From: an uncultured Lentisphaerales bacterium
Lineage (GTDB): Bacteria > Verrucomicrobiota > Lentisphaeria > JABSQK01 > UBA12247
Assembly (NCBI GenBank): GCA_943788985.1
Contig: CALSSJ010000044.1
Location: forward strand, 1 to 64,000
Length of the DNA stretch: 64,000 bases
Reading direction: 5' to 3'
This document shows, in pieces, positions 21,708-31,801 of the stretch. Position 1 is the first letter of the stretch; the number at the start of each line of letters is the position of its first letter. Both the position numbers and the translations under genes were made by a program. A model generated the notes under the pieces. That model was given only the letters and a program-made list of their open reading frames with translations, ran no database searches and was not told where the DNA came from.

Positions 21708-23435
21708 ATGGCTTTAACGGGAAGTCGCACCAGTTTCCCCTCGACAGAACAGGCGCGCGCTTCGCGTGCGGGAAACGTCGCCGCCCTTACTGGCGAGAGA
21801 CCTGCGCTGCAGACCTATGCGCTGGCTGCGGCTGCTGGACTATTGCTCGCCGCTGCGTTCCCCCCGTTGAAGCTTTGGCCGCTGGCCTTTGTCGCCCTAG
21901 TCCCGCTGCCCTTGCTGAGTCGCAGGCCTGGACGCAGCCCGTTTCTCGTGGGCTACTGCTTCGGCTTCACCTTTTGGCTCGCGGGCCTAGCGTTTCTACG
22001 AGAAGTGTCCTGGCTCGCTCCCATTGCCCTGGCCCCCATCATGGCCCTTTGCCAAGGCGCGTGGGTCAGTGCGGTCTGCTTGATCCTATCCTCCCTGGAA
22101 CGAAAACGCGGCGAGGATCTGGCCTCACTGCACCAGGCTCATGCCACCTACCCGGACGCATTGACCGCTGGGCGCCAAGGCTTGTTCGCTCTGTGCGGCG
22201 CGGCCTGCTGGCTCTTACTGGAGTGGGTACGCAGCTGGATTGCGACGGGCTTTCCTTGGAATCAGCTCGGCGGGGTGCTGTGGGAACAGCCCCGCCTGAT
22301 TCAATCCTGCAGCTACCTCGGGGTACACGGACTGAGCTTCGCGATCTGCGTGGTAAATCTCGCGCTATTTCTGCTGCTGCGGCGTACGCCCGCCGCCTTC
22401 TCCTGCACGCCTCCATCCTACGCCGTAATCGGCGGGGCGATTGCGATCTCCGCAACGATTCTACTCCTACCGGGATCGGCACCGCCGCCCTCCCATACCG
22501 ACCTAAAAGAGATTGCCCTCGTGCAGGGCAACCTACCACAGATTCGAAACTACGAGAACGATGAACTGGCGAACGCAATCCAGATCTATGAGAACCTAAC
22601 GCGCGAGTTGCTGCAGGCTCAGGATCCCCCGTCTTTGATCGTCTGGCCCGAGACGGCTATCCCGGCCCCATTGGTCTTCGACAACGACTGCCGCGCTGCA
22701 CTGGGCCGACTATTTGCCCTGAACACGGAGAGCTGGCTGTTGGCGGGCACCATCCACTACCGCTTCCCTCCTCCCGGCCTAAAAGCCCCCCCGGACATGA
22801 CTAATAGCGCCATCATCTTCACCCCGGACGGGCTCTTGGAGCAGGTCTATGATAAGATCAAGATCGTGCCATTTGGAGAGTTTACGCCATTCGAAGACCA
22901 GCTACCTTGGCTGGTGGAACTGATCGGCATGGGACGCAGTCTGTTGCCCGGCAGAGAATACACGCTGTTTGAGCACGAGGAGGCACGCTTTGGCGTGAAC
23001 ATCTGCTACGAGGACATCTTCCCGCAGGTCAGTGCGAACTTCGCAAAGCAAGGCGCAGAATTCCTAATGGTGATCACCAACGATGCCTGGTACGGCACGA
23101 CCAGCGGCCCCGAGCAACACCTGTCACACGCGGTATTTCGGGCCGTAGAAACAGGACTGCCGCTGCTGCGTAGCGGCAACAACAGTGACAGCTGCCTGAT
23201 TCTCCCGGACGGCACCGTCACAGAGCGCCTGATCCGAGATGGGCAGCGCTTTGTGCGTGGCACGCAACGCTATCAAGTGCCGCTGGTTCGCCGCGAGCAG
23301 CTCACTCACTACGTCCGCTACGGGCCGTGGTTCCTGCATGCCATGGCCTTTCTCGGTGGCCTGAGCATTGCCGTTTGCGCAGTTCGCAAGCTGTCTTCGA
23401 ACCTAACTCTCATTGAGCGAGTCGAAGCAGCCTAG
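21708..23435 (+). CDS. lnt: Apolipoprotein N-acyltransferase
   Basis: TGFPWN.LG, VQGN, VWPETA, K..IVPFGE, ICYE, TNDAW, RAVE. Confidence 0.94.
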   Translation: MALTGSRTSFPSTEQARASRAGNVAALTGERPALQTYALAAAAGLLLAAAFPPLKLWPLAFVALVPLPLLSRRPGRSPFLVGYCFGFTFWLAGLAFLREVSWLAPIALAPIMALCQGAWVSAVCLILSSLERKRGEDLASLHQAHATYPDALTAGRQGLFALCGAACWLLLEWVRSWIATGFPWNQLGGVLWEQPRLIQSCSYLGVHGLSFAICVVNLALFLLLRRTPAAFSCTPPSYAVIGGAIAISATILLLPGSAPPPSHTDLKEIALVQGNLPQIRNYENDELANAIQIYENLTRELLQAQDPPSLIVWPETAIPAPLVFDNDCRAALGRLFALNTESWLLAGTIHYRFPPPGLKAPPDMTNSAIIFTPDGLLEQVYDKIKIVPFGEFTPFEDQLPWLVELIGMGRSLLPGREYTLFEHEEARFGVNICYEDIFPQVSANFAKQGAEFLMVITNDAWYGTTSGPEQHLSHAVFRAVETGLPLLRSGNNSDSCLILPDGTVTERLIRDGQRFVRGTQRYQVPLVRREQLTHYVRYGPWFLHAMAFLGGLSIAVCAVRKLSSNLTLIERVEAA

Positions 23436-23569
23436 CTAGTGTGGCGAATCGGAGAGGACCGCACTTTTAGCCAAGCACGGCAGTGCTGTTCCTCCCGAGT
23501 CTAGGAAGGAAGATGATGGTCGGAAAAATCCTCCCTGTCCTGGCTTGAATCGCCCTCTGCATTCCTGTA

Positions 23570-23809
23570 GTGATGGCAATCCCTCGCCCGCCAAAGGCGA
23601 TTAACTATGCCATTCACCATCTTAGCGCCGTATGCTATTCGGCCTATCTCGGCCACAGTTTCTTCGTTTTGGGCATTCAGCACGGATACATCCCGGTGCC
23701 GCGCAATGCCATTGGGGTTTTGCTCTATGTGCTGCTAGTGATCCTCTCTGCAACGCTACTCTACCGGCTCTACGAAAAAACAATGACCGACCTGCGCGAC
23801 GGCCGTTGA
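23570..23809 (+). pseudogene. C-terminal fragment of an acyltransferase-3 (OafA-like) gene
   Basis: HLSAVCYSAYLGH...ATLLYRLYEK resembles the SYxxYLxH..YxxxEK tail; no N-terminal part. Confidence 0.5.
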
Positions 23810-23974
23810 ATTCGCAGCATACCGCCCCACTGATTATGCCGGCGAGACGCTCGCAGTCCCAGCAGATGAGCGGGCGACGACGTCTAGCCAGGGCTGTTGG
23901 TTGCGGGGTTGCCCCCGGCGGGACAATAATAGGGATCTACGATTTCGAAGCCTGCAGCTATAAGTAGACCGGCG

Positions 23975-24092
23975 TAATGCCGCCAAACTTGAGCGTGGCC
24001 AAGAGCTCCTAGAGGACGTGGGGGAGGTCTGCTGGCGGTACGTGGAACAACGAGGCGTTGGCAAAGACGCCGTCGAAATGCGCGGGCGGTAG
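23975..24092 (-). pseudogene. Internal fragment of a class I SAM methyltransferase
   Basis: Hand translation LPPAHFDGVFANASLFHVPPADLPHVL*ELLATLKFGG with in-frame TAG at 24009-24011. Confidence 0.65.
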
Positions 24093-24112
24093 GCCCTAAG
24101 CTCGACAGGCTG

Positions 24113-25096
24113 CTAGCGCGTGCGTAGCCAGCGGTCGATCGCCTTCCAGTTATGGTTCCCGAATCGCTTGTGCACTTTACGGAAACCGCCGCCGTATATC
24201 GGATCCGGGCTCTTGTCGATGGTGATGTAATCCTGCATCCAGCCCTGCTTGCGGCAATACATGGCAGCGGTATACTGGCAAAGCCCTTCCTCCAAGTCTC
24301 GCGGCAGGTCCGCGATAGGACGGTAGGTCTCCGAAATCAGATCGTGAGTTAACTCGTGAATGGCCGTGATAAGAAACTGATCGGGAGTTAGCCCTGACAG
24401 GATGAAGATGGTCTCGCTGACTTCTGTGTCCGCAGAGACCACGCGCCCGGCAAAGGAACGCGTCTCGGTGCGCTCGTTGCGCCGGTAGAAGCCGCGGGCC
24501 GTCATCTGATCGGGCATGTGGCCCTGCTCCCCCATCACCCGCAGCAAACTCGGGCGGTCCACCAGTTTGAGCTTTGGCAAGGAGGCTGAGACGATCCCGG
24601 TCACGGCCTTAAGCTGTGCACGTGCCTGACGAAGCCGAGCCAGGCCGTTCGCGGGGTCGAAAATTGCGGACTTTGCGCAGGTGGCACATTGCTTGCGCCC
24701 GTCTTTTAGCAGCTTCCCCGCGTCGAATGGCAGTCCACAGCCGAAGCAGCGATGCCCGTCTGCGTGCGCCTTGCAGTACTTCTTGCCATTGATGGTGAAC
24801 ATCTGGCGTAACGGCTGGGCGCAGAGCGTGCATTTCGGCAGCGAAATATTCAGACACTTCTTGCCGCAATAGGACTTGCCCTCGGATATCACAAAGCTTC
24901 CAGACACATGCTCCTTGCAGCTGGCGCAGGTGGGCAAGGTCCGGCGATGACACGATTTCGAACAGAAGGATTTACCTTCGGCCGTGAGGTAACTGCCGGA
25001 AAGCGCGTTCTTGCAGACGCTGCAACGCGCGGCTTCTGCGGAAATCGCGAAGGATACCAGCAGGAGTATGACAGAGAAATATCTCGAATTGGGCAC
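24113..25096 (-). CDS. Secreted LIM-like zinc-finger + DA1-type metallopeptidase
   Basis: Signal peptide, four tandem Cys/His fingers, DGRKQC..C..SAIFD, HELTH, EEGLCQY, DPIYGGGFR. Confidence 0.8.
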   Translation of the reverse strand: MPNSRYFSVILLLVSFAISAEAARCSVCKNALSGSYLTAEGKSFCSKSCHRRTLPTCASCKEHVSGSFVISEGKSYCGKKCLNISLPKCTLCAQPLRQMFTINGKKYCKAHADGHRCFGCGLPFDAGKLLKDGRKQCATCAKSAIFDPANGLARLRQARAQLKAVTGIVSASLPKLKLVDRPSLLRVMGEQGHMPDQMTARGFYRRNERTETRSFAGRVVSADTEVSETIFILSGLTPDQFLITAIHELTHDLISETYRPIADLPRDLEEGLCQYTAAMYCRKQGWMQDYITIDKSPDPIYGGGFRKVHKRFGNHNWKAIDRWLRTR

Positions 25097-25194
25097 GTAA
25101 AATCCTCAAGAAGTCCCTGTAGTAGCTGATATTTCCGTTTGGTGACCTAGCTTACCCCCGAACGTCGGATGCACCACAGCGGGGAAGGGCTGAT

Positions 25195-26346
25195 ATGTCA
25201 ATGACCAAGTTTCAGCAAGATGCCGAGGGCATGACGCTAGCGGTGGCTTGTGGTGGAACCGGCGGGCATTTCTTTCCGGGCCTAGCGATCGCGCGAGAGT
25301 TTAAGCGCAAGGGGGGGACAGCGATCCTTTTTGTCGGCGGTAGCCAACAGGACGCTCAGATCAAGCAGGCCGAGGAAGAGGCCCTGGAGGCCGTTCCTTC
25401 TCCGGTTGTGCGTCTACCGCGGTCCAAGCTGGGATTGCCCTTATTTGCTGTACGTCTGGCTTGGTGCGTGTTGCAGACCGCCCGCCTGCTGGGCAAGCAT
25501 GGCGTGGACTTGGGCATCGTCATGGGCAGCTATGCGTCTGCACCATTGGGACTGGCACTTCTGCTACGTGGCAAGCCACTGGCGGTACACGAGGGCAACG
25601 CCATTCTTGGCCGGGCGAATCGTCGGCTGGCGAAGTACGCAGCCCACACCATGCTCTCGCTTCCTATTCCAGAGTTGCTATGCGAGGACGATACGACCTT
25701 GGTAGGCATGCCCGTACGGACGGAGATCCTGGGGGCAGCAGATCACGAACTTGAAGACGAGGAGTCGCTGAGTCGCTACGAGGCGCTCGGGCTATCTCCA
25801 GACTTCCCGGTGGTTCTGGTATTTGGCGGCAGCCAGGGCGCGGAGGCGATTAACCAGGCCGTGCTGGGAGCAATCCCCAGGCTGGACTTCCCACCCCTGC
25901 AACTGGTGCACTTCACAGGAAAGGAGGATAATCGCGAGGAGCAGGAACTGTGTGAGAAACATGAGATCATGGCCCAAATCGCAGCGCGAACGGACCAGAT
26001 GGGTGCGTATCTGGCAGTGGCAGATTTGGTCGTATCTCGGGCTGGCGGATCGACAGTTGCCGAGCTCGCGGTTACTGGACGGCCATCCATCCTAATTCCC
26101 TATCCGCACGCGACGGATGCACACCAGGCCCTGAACGCGGAGGTTGTCGCGCGTGCCAAAGGCGGGCATGTGATTGCCGAAGCGGACCTGACCTCCGACG
26201 CCCTGCGCGAGGCGATCACCGCCGCGCTCACCGACCCTGAGTTGCGGAGATCGCAACGCGAGGGTATTCTGACCTTGGCACATCCCCGTGCGGCCGAGGA
26301 CATCGTAAGCTTGCTGATTTACGAGCAACGCAAGACCTCGAACTAG
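25195..26346 (+). CDS. murG: Lipid II GlcNAc transferase
   Basis: GGTGGH.FP, HEGNA..GRANR, GGSQGA, SRAGGST..EL, IPYP...HQ..NA. Confidence 0.93.
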   Translation: MSMTKFQQDAEGMTLAVACGGTGGHFFPGLAIAREFKRKGGTAILFVGGSQQDAQIKQAEEEALEAVPSPVVRLPRSKLGLPLFAVRLAWCVLQTARLLGKHGVDLGIVMGSYASAPLGLALLLRGKPLAVHEGNAILGRANRRLAKYAAHTMLSLPIPELLCEDDTTLVGMPVRTEILGAADHELEDEESLSRYEALGLSPDFPVVLVFGGSQGAEAINQAVLGAIPRLDFPPLQLVHFTGKEDNREEQELCEKHEIMAQIAARTDQMGAYLAVADLVVSRAGGSTVAELAVTGRPSILIPYPHATDAHQALNAEVVARAKGGHVIAEADLTSDALREAITAALTDPELRRSQREGILTLAHPRAAEDIVSLLIYEQRKTSN

Positions 26347-26371
26347 CACAGCATCCCAATGAGGCCCTTGT

Positions 26372-27397
26372 TTGAAGCCGGCTTTCCTGACACTTCTGCT
26401 CGCCATTTCCGTAGTTGCGAACGAGTTTCGTCCCACCGACGCCGCGATCGACCGAGGGCTGGCTTGGCTGGCGACTGCCCAAGCAAAGAACGGGGCGTTT
26501 GCGCACAGCGATCAAGCGAAGCCGGCCAACGCCTATACCGGGCTCGCCGTCTTGGCGTTTTTGTCCAGCGGTCACCTCCCGGGGCGTAGCGCATACAGTG
26601 ACACGGTGACGCTAGCAGTGAATCAACTGCTGAAACAATCCCAAGCCCATCAGGGCTACCTAGGGGCGGACGGAGGCAGAATGTACGGGCACGCGATCGC
26701 GACACTGGCTCTTTCACAGGCCTATGGCCAGATGCCAGACACGCAGACCAATTTACGGATTCAGCAGAGCCTCACGCAAGCAACGGCAATTATGGTGGCC
26801 GCGCAGAACCCAAAAGGTCCTCGAGCAGGTGGCTGGCACTATGAACGCAAGCCCAAGGATGCAGACCTTTCGGTAAGCTGCTGGCAGATGCTGGCGCTGC
26901 GCGCCGTCCGTCAGTGCCAGATCTCGGTTCCCCAGGACTGCCTGGACCAAGGTGCTGCGTTCATCTGGCGATGTCATTCGGCAAAAATTCCGGGGTTCTC
27001 CTATCGCCCCGAAGACCAGCGCAAAATCGGCGCTATGCGTGCAGCCGGGATCGCGACTCTATCGCTCGCACAACCGCCTCAGGGCGACCGCGTGGCCGAA
27101 CTTGCGAAGTCCGCAGAGTTTTTGGGCTCCCCGCCGCCCAAGCACGGGCAGTATTACTACTATGAACTATTCTATCGCACACATGCGGCCGTACTCTACG
27201 GCGGCGATGCACTGCACTCTCTTCCGGGTATACACAGCGCCTTGTTAGGACTGCAGCGAAAGAATGGGGCATTTGCCCAGCACAGCGGCTTCGATGGCGG
27301 TGTATATTCCACGGCTTTCGCCATCCTTGCACTCAGCGCAGACTATCAGCTACTGCCTGCATTCTCCCCTCGTCGTACCGGAAGCTCGCCCTCATGA
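26372..27397 (+). CDS. Prenyltransferase/squalene-cyclase repeat protein, secreted
   Basis: GLAWLATAQ..NG, MYGHAIATLAL, GGWHY, DLSVS.WQ, QW-like repeats. Confidence 0.78.
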   Translation: MKPAFLTLLLAISVVANEFRPTDAAIDRGLAWLATAQAKNGAFAHSDQAKPANAYTGLAVLAFLSSGHLPGRSAYSDTVTLAVNQLLKQSQAHQGYLGADGGRMYGHAIATLALSQAYGQMPDTQTNLRIQQSLTQATAIMVAAQNPKGPRAGGWHYERKPKDADLSVSCWQMLALRAVRQCQISVPQDCLDQGAAFIWRCHSAKIPGFSYRPEDQRKIGAMRAAGIATLSLAQPPQGDRVAELAKSAEFLGSPPPKHGQYYYYELFYRTHAAVLYGGDALHSLPGIHSALLGLQRKNGAFAQHSGFDGGVYSTAFAILALSADYQLLPAFSPRRTGSSPS

Positions 27398-27987
27398 CCT
27401 TTTCTAAAGTATGCCTCCTTGGCCTTGCCCTTTTCGCCGTGCTGTTCATTATTTTCGGACTCACCTTGCCCAGGGAGTACTCCGTGGAGCGAGAGATAAC
27501 CGTCACTGCGCCCAAACATACAGTGCAGGACTTGGTAAGCGATCTGGCCCGTTGGCCGGAGTGGACCCCATGGCAGGAGGCAGACCCGACGTTGAAGGTG
27601 ACCACCAGTGAACAGACCCGGGGCGTAGGCGCAACCCAGAGCTGGAAGGGCGAGAAAGGTGCGGGTCGGCTTGAGATCACGGCAGACAATGATGACGGCA
27701 TCGCCTATGAAACGTGGTTTGACAATGGAAAACTTGCTTGCAAGTCCACTATTTCTTACAAGGTTGCGGACTCCGCAACCGTGGTGATCTGGCGATTGCA
27801 CGGTGTGTCGGACCTCCCGGTCGTGGGTGGCTACCTCTCGGCAGCCGTGGACGGGATGGTCGGGCCGATGTTTGAGCACGGCCTTGGCAAACTCAAGGCA
27901 TTGGCCGAGGAGCCAACCGCCGGCCCCGCTGCGGCTGGAGAGACCGCTGCCCCGGAGCCCGCTGCCAGCGAGAACAACAGTCCATGA
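27394..27987 (+). CDS. SRPBCC/polyketide-cyclase family protein
   Basis: TM anchor, VEREITV.AP, W.EWTPW...DP, GVGA.QSW.G, GL.KLK. Confidence 0.85.
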   Translation: MTFSKVCLLGLALFAVLFIIFGLTLPREYSVEREITVTAPKHTVQDLVSDLARWPEWTPWQEADPTLKVTTSEQTRGVGATQSWKGEKGAGRLEITADNDDGIAYETWFDNGKLACKSTISYKVADSATVVIWRLHGVSDLPVVGGYLSAAVDGMVGPMFEHGLGKLKALAEEPTAGPAAAGETAAPEPAASENNSP

Positions 27988-28913
27988 GCAAGTTTGCGGG
28001 GATCGCACAGAGCGCTTGCATGCAGCGCTTGCTTGAGCAGGCCGTGCAAATCAGCAAGCTTCCTCGGCCGGTCCTGATTCGCGGTGAACGCGGAGCCGGC
28101 AAGGAGCTGCTAGCGCGCTTTCTGCACGACTGCAGCGCTCGCGCCCAAGCTCCGTTCGTGGCCGTGAACTGCGCGGCTTTTACAGATGAACTGATGGATG
28201 CCGAGTTGTTTGGCCATGAGGCTGGCGGCTTTACCGGAGCGACAGATACGCGTCTGGGAAAGCTGGAGCTCGCCCACAGCGGATCTCTTTTTCTCGATGA
28301 GATCGGCAACATGTCCCCACGCCTGCAGGACCGGATCCTACGGGTCATCGAGTACCAGTCGTTCCAGCGCGTCCGAGGAAACCAGACCGTTCAGGTAGAT
28401 GTTCGAATTATTTCTGCGACGAACGCAGATCTCGAGTCTCTGATGCATGATGGCCTGTTTCGACCAGACCTTTACGACCGGCTCACCTTTGCCGAGCTGT
28501 ACCTACCCGCCCTGCGCACGAGGCGCTCGGACATCCCGCATTTGGTCGTAGACTTTGTTCAGGCATTACATCGCGAGATTCCCAACCTCCCACCACGCAC
28601 ATTCACGCGGGAGACTATGGAGGCGTTAATGAGCTATCATTGGCCTGGAAACATCCGTGAGCTGAAGAATGTCGTCGAGAGACTGTTTGTCTCCGGCAGC
28701 TCCGAGAAGATTGTACCGCCCGATCTCCCTTCCGAGATCGCCGGTGCCCCGCCAATCGTCGGCGACGGTTTCCACCAACAGGTCGAAGCATTAAGACGCG
28801 AGCTGATCCTGCGCGCGCTTCGCCAAACGAATGGAAACCAGCGCGCCGCAGCAGCTGCGCTGGACATGTCCTACCACCAGTTTCGGCACTACTATCGGAA
28901 GTATCAAAGCTGA
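27984..28913 (+). CDS. PspF-like sigma54 activator without regulatory domain
   Basis: [39 protein letters not shown]-terminal HTH with YHQFR. Confidence 0.88.
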   Translation: MSKFAGIAQSACMQRLLEQAVQISKLPRPVLIRGERGAGKELLARFLHDCSARAQAPFVAVNCAAFTDELMDAELFGHEAGGFTGATDTRLGKLELAHSGSLFLDEIGNMSPRLQDRILRVIEYQSFQRVRGNQTVQVDVRIISATNADLESLMHDGLFRPDLYDRLTFAELYLPALRTRRSDIPHLVVDFVQALHREIPNLPPRTFTRETMEALMSYHWPGNIRELKNVVERLFVSGSSEKIVPPDLPSEIAGAPPIVGDGFHQQVEALRRELILRALRQTNGNQRAAAAALDMSYHQFRHYYRKYQS

Positions 28914-28928
28914 CCCGGCCAAGCGCGA

Positions 28929-29379
28929 TCAATGAGCCATCAGAATCTCTGCGAGTTCGTCAACATCTGATGTTTGATACAGCTGCTGACGGAGCGAATT
29001 ATTGCGCATCAGCCAACTGATTCTGGCCACGACCTGCAGGTACAGCGCAGGCGGGCGGACAGGTGCCGCAATCAAGAATACAAAATGCACGCGGGCGTTG
29101 TCAGGGGCGAGAAAGTCAATTCCAACACGGCTGCGCCCCCACACAGAGACACAGATCACTCAGCCCCACAGGCCTCGCATGGGGAATGGCAACGCCCATC
29201 CCTAAGCCGGTGCTGTCTTCTTCCTCCCGCTGCAACACAGCCTCGAGAAAGTCCGCTGGCACAGCTAATAATGGGGACTGGGCCAGCGGTTGAAACAGCT
29301 CTCGAATTGCGTCGGCCGGTGTCTCGGCGGCTAGCTCAAGAACGCGCTCACGAGCAATATATTCGGCGATGTTACGCAC
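28929..29379 (-). CDS. PTS EIIA type-2 protein; frameshift near 29150
   Basis: QREEEDSTGLGMGVAIPHAR; GIDF.APD...VH.VFLI. Confidence 0.85.
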
Positions 29380-29406
29380 GTGCCGACAAAGTCGCTCCCA
29401 TCGCTG

Positions 29407-31701
29407 CTACTGAAACAGCTCCATGTATGGAACCACAGTCAGATAGACCGCACAGCCGACAGCGGCCAGAGCTGCAAACCGAAGTCAGCGTATACAGAAT
29501 ACCAGGGGCAACATCGTCACCAGATGCCAAGTCCTCGGACGCTGTTGTTGGTTCTGCCTCATCGTCAGTGGTTGCCTTCGTCTTCCCGGCTGGCTGTTTC
29601 AGGCGAAGCGTCTTTTCCTTCTTCTTGGCAGCCCGCCTTGTGGTACGCTGTGCTTCCTCTTCGGCTGGTGCAGCTTCCGGAGCCGCGACTGGATCACCCG
29701 AAGGTTTGCCTTGCGGTGGCTTAATCTTCAGTGTGGAACGAGAAGCTGCACGCTCGGGTGCGGCGGATTCAACTTGTGTAGGTGCCTTGATCTTAAGCGT
29801 GGAGACTTGATCCTCTCCCGCAGCAGGACGGCTGGGGGGGGGAATCGCATCGCTATCCTGTGTCGGTGTCTCACCGTCTACAGCGGGTGCCTTGATCTTA
29901 AGCGTGGGACGCTTCTTCGACTTGGCTGTCGGAAGTCCGGGCTCAGAGGCCTCTGTGCTTGGCGTCTTAATATCTGCACGGGTCAGCCGTGCGGTTGGAG
30001 TCTCGCCTACCTGCGCTGCTGGCCCCTTAACCTTGAGTGTGCGCCGCTGCGCACCTTCACCAGCGCCAACGGCGGGAGGTGGCTGTTGAACGGTCCCTGT
30101 TTGGCTGACCTGCTGCGGCCCAGGAGACGGACGCAGACGAATAGTCTGACTTGCAGAGAGAATTCCGGCAAGCTGCTTCTTCTTTTCCTTGATCACCTTA
30201 AGGTGAACGGTCTCGGTATCCAGTGTGTCTTCCGCAGACGAAGGTCGGCGCTCGTCACCTGGCCTGATATGCAGGACGCCAGCTCCCCCTTCTCCATCTC
30301 TGGCAGCCATGGGATCGCTAATTCCAGGTACGGTAGTACCTGGCCGCGGCACGCGCTTGAGCCGAGCGGTTGCCTGATCGCGCGATGATGCGGCCGGCGA
30401 TGCTACGCCGGGCGCTGTCGCGGGGCGGCCGGGGACGATGGGCTTGGCACGCAACGTGGAAGTGGCGGTTGGGTCGACCGGACGTTGGGACCTGGGACGT
30501 GCCCGAATGCTGGCGGTATCGGTGCCAATCGCACGACGCGAAATACTGGTAGATGTATCGGTCAAGCCAGGACGCGCGGCGGAGGGCTGCGGGCCAGAAC
30601 CGCCACCTCGGGTGGGGGCTGACTTTACTCGGGCGCGGATGGCTGCGGTCTCGTCGGTCGAGTTTTCGACGCGCGTACTTGGTCCGGAGGCGAGGGCCGG
30701 ATCGTTCGCACTAGCTCCTGGAGGCGGCGCAGATTCGCTGTCTTCGGTGGCAAACTCATTCGCTTGCATTGCTGGGGCGATCTGCGTGGCCAGCCGACGT
30801 TTGGCGCGCAGTGCACGGGTGCTATCGGTCGAAACGGCACTTGGGGCGACAGGGCGCCGACGAATGCCTTGCGTGGTATCTGAAGGTGTAGTGGCACCTG
30901 CCTCGTCTGTGGCGGCGCTGTCGACGGTCGCAGCTTCCCCATCAATACTTCCGACTCTGCGGCGACGGCGAATGCTCTTGCTGCTGTCGCGATCTTTCTT
31001 CTGGAGAGCGACAGTGCCATCAGAAACGAGGCCACGTGGCGGTGGTACTAATTCGCTGTCTTCGGTCGGCGCATCTGCCCTTGGGCCGGTTGCGAATTGC
31101 CATCGTCGTATCGCTAATGGCAGGGGTACCCGCACCCGGTTTACGACGCATCGACTTGCTGGTGTCCCGCACGCCCTTCTTCTGGACGGGCGACGTTCCG
31201 TCGCCCTTGCGCCGCAACATGGTGGTCGAATCAGTGGGGGCCATCTGCGGCGACGGAGCCTGACGGGGCCGCAGATGTGCGGTCGTGTCACTCCACGCGC
31301 GCCGCTGGTCCTGGATCGTCCTGGGTCGTATTTCCGGGCTTGGTCGAAAGCCCTGGCCGAACGCCGAGTGGGCGGGTTGGTGTCCCGTGGGCTGCTGGCT
31401 GCTGACAGAAACGCGCGGCTTTGGCATGGCTGGAGCCTGACTATTCGCAGAGACCGCCCGAATGTTTGCAGTCTCGATCTCTCTCCGGTTTCCTTCACAG
31501 GTCCACCTTCGGCCGAGCGCCGGGTGGAGTGGGTGAATGCTCCTGAGAACTTACCGTAGCTGCATGGCTGCGCGGCCCGGCCTTGGGCGCGCCAATCGGC
31601 TGGGGTCTTGTCCTCTCCGTCAGCAGGCAGGTTCGGTAGCCTGTCCAGGCACACGCAGGCTGAGCTTCTTCCGGAGGGGGGATTGGGTCGTCATTTGCCA
31701 C
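29407..31701 (-). CDS. Low-complexity disordered protein with repeated TxxL/I and TLKIK motifs and a C-terminal TM helix; several frameshifts
   Basis: AAGAGGT SD then GTG at 31701; P/T/S/R/A-rich; corrected tail ..LAAVGCAVYLTVVPYMELFQ*. Confidence 0.62.
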
Positions 31702-31801
31702 TGTGATACCTCTTGATCGGTCTCGTTTCCACCGTCCAAACGCGGCAGGCACAACTCATGCCCTACCATAACGCGACGAACATGATTTGTAAACCCAACG
31801 A

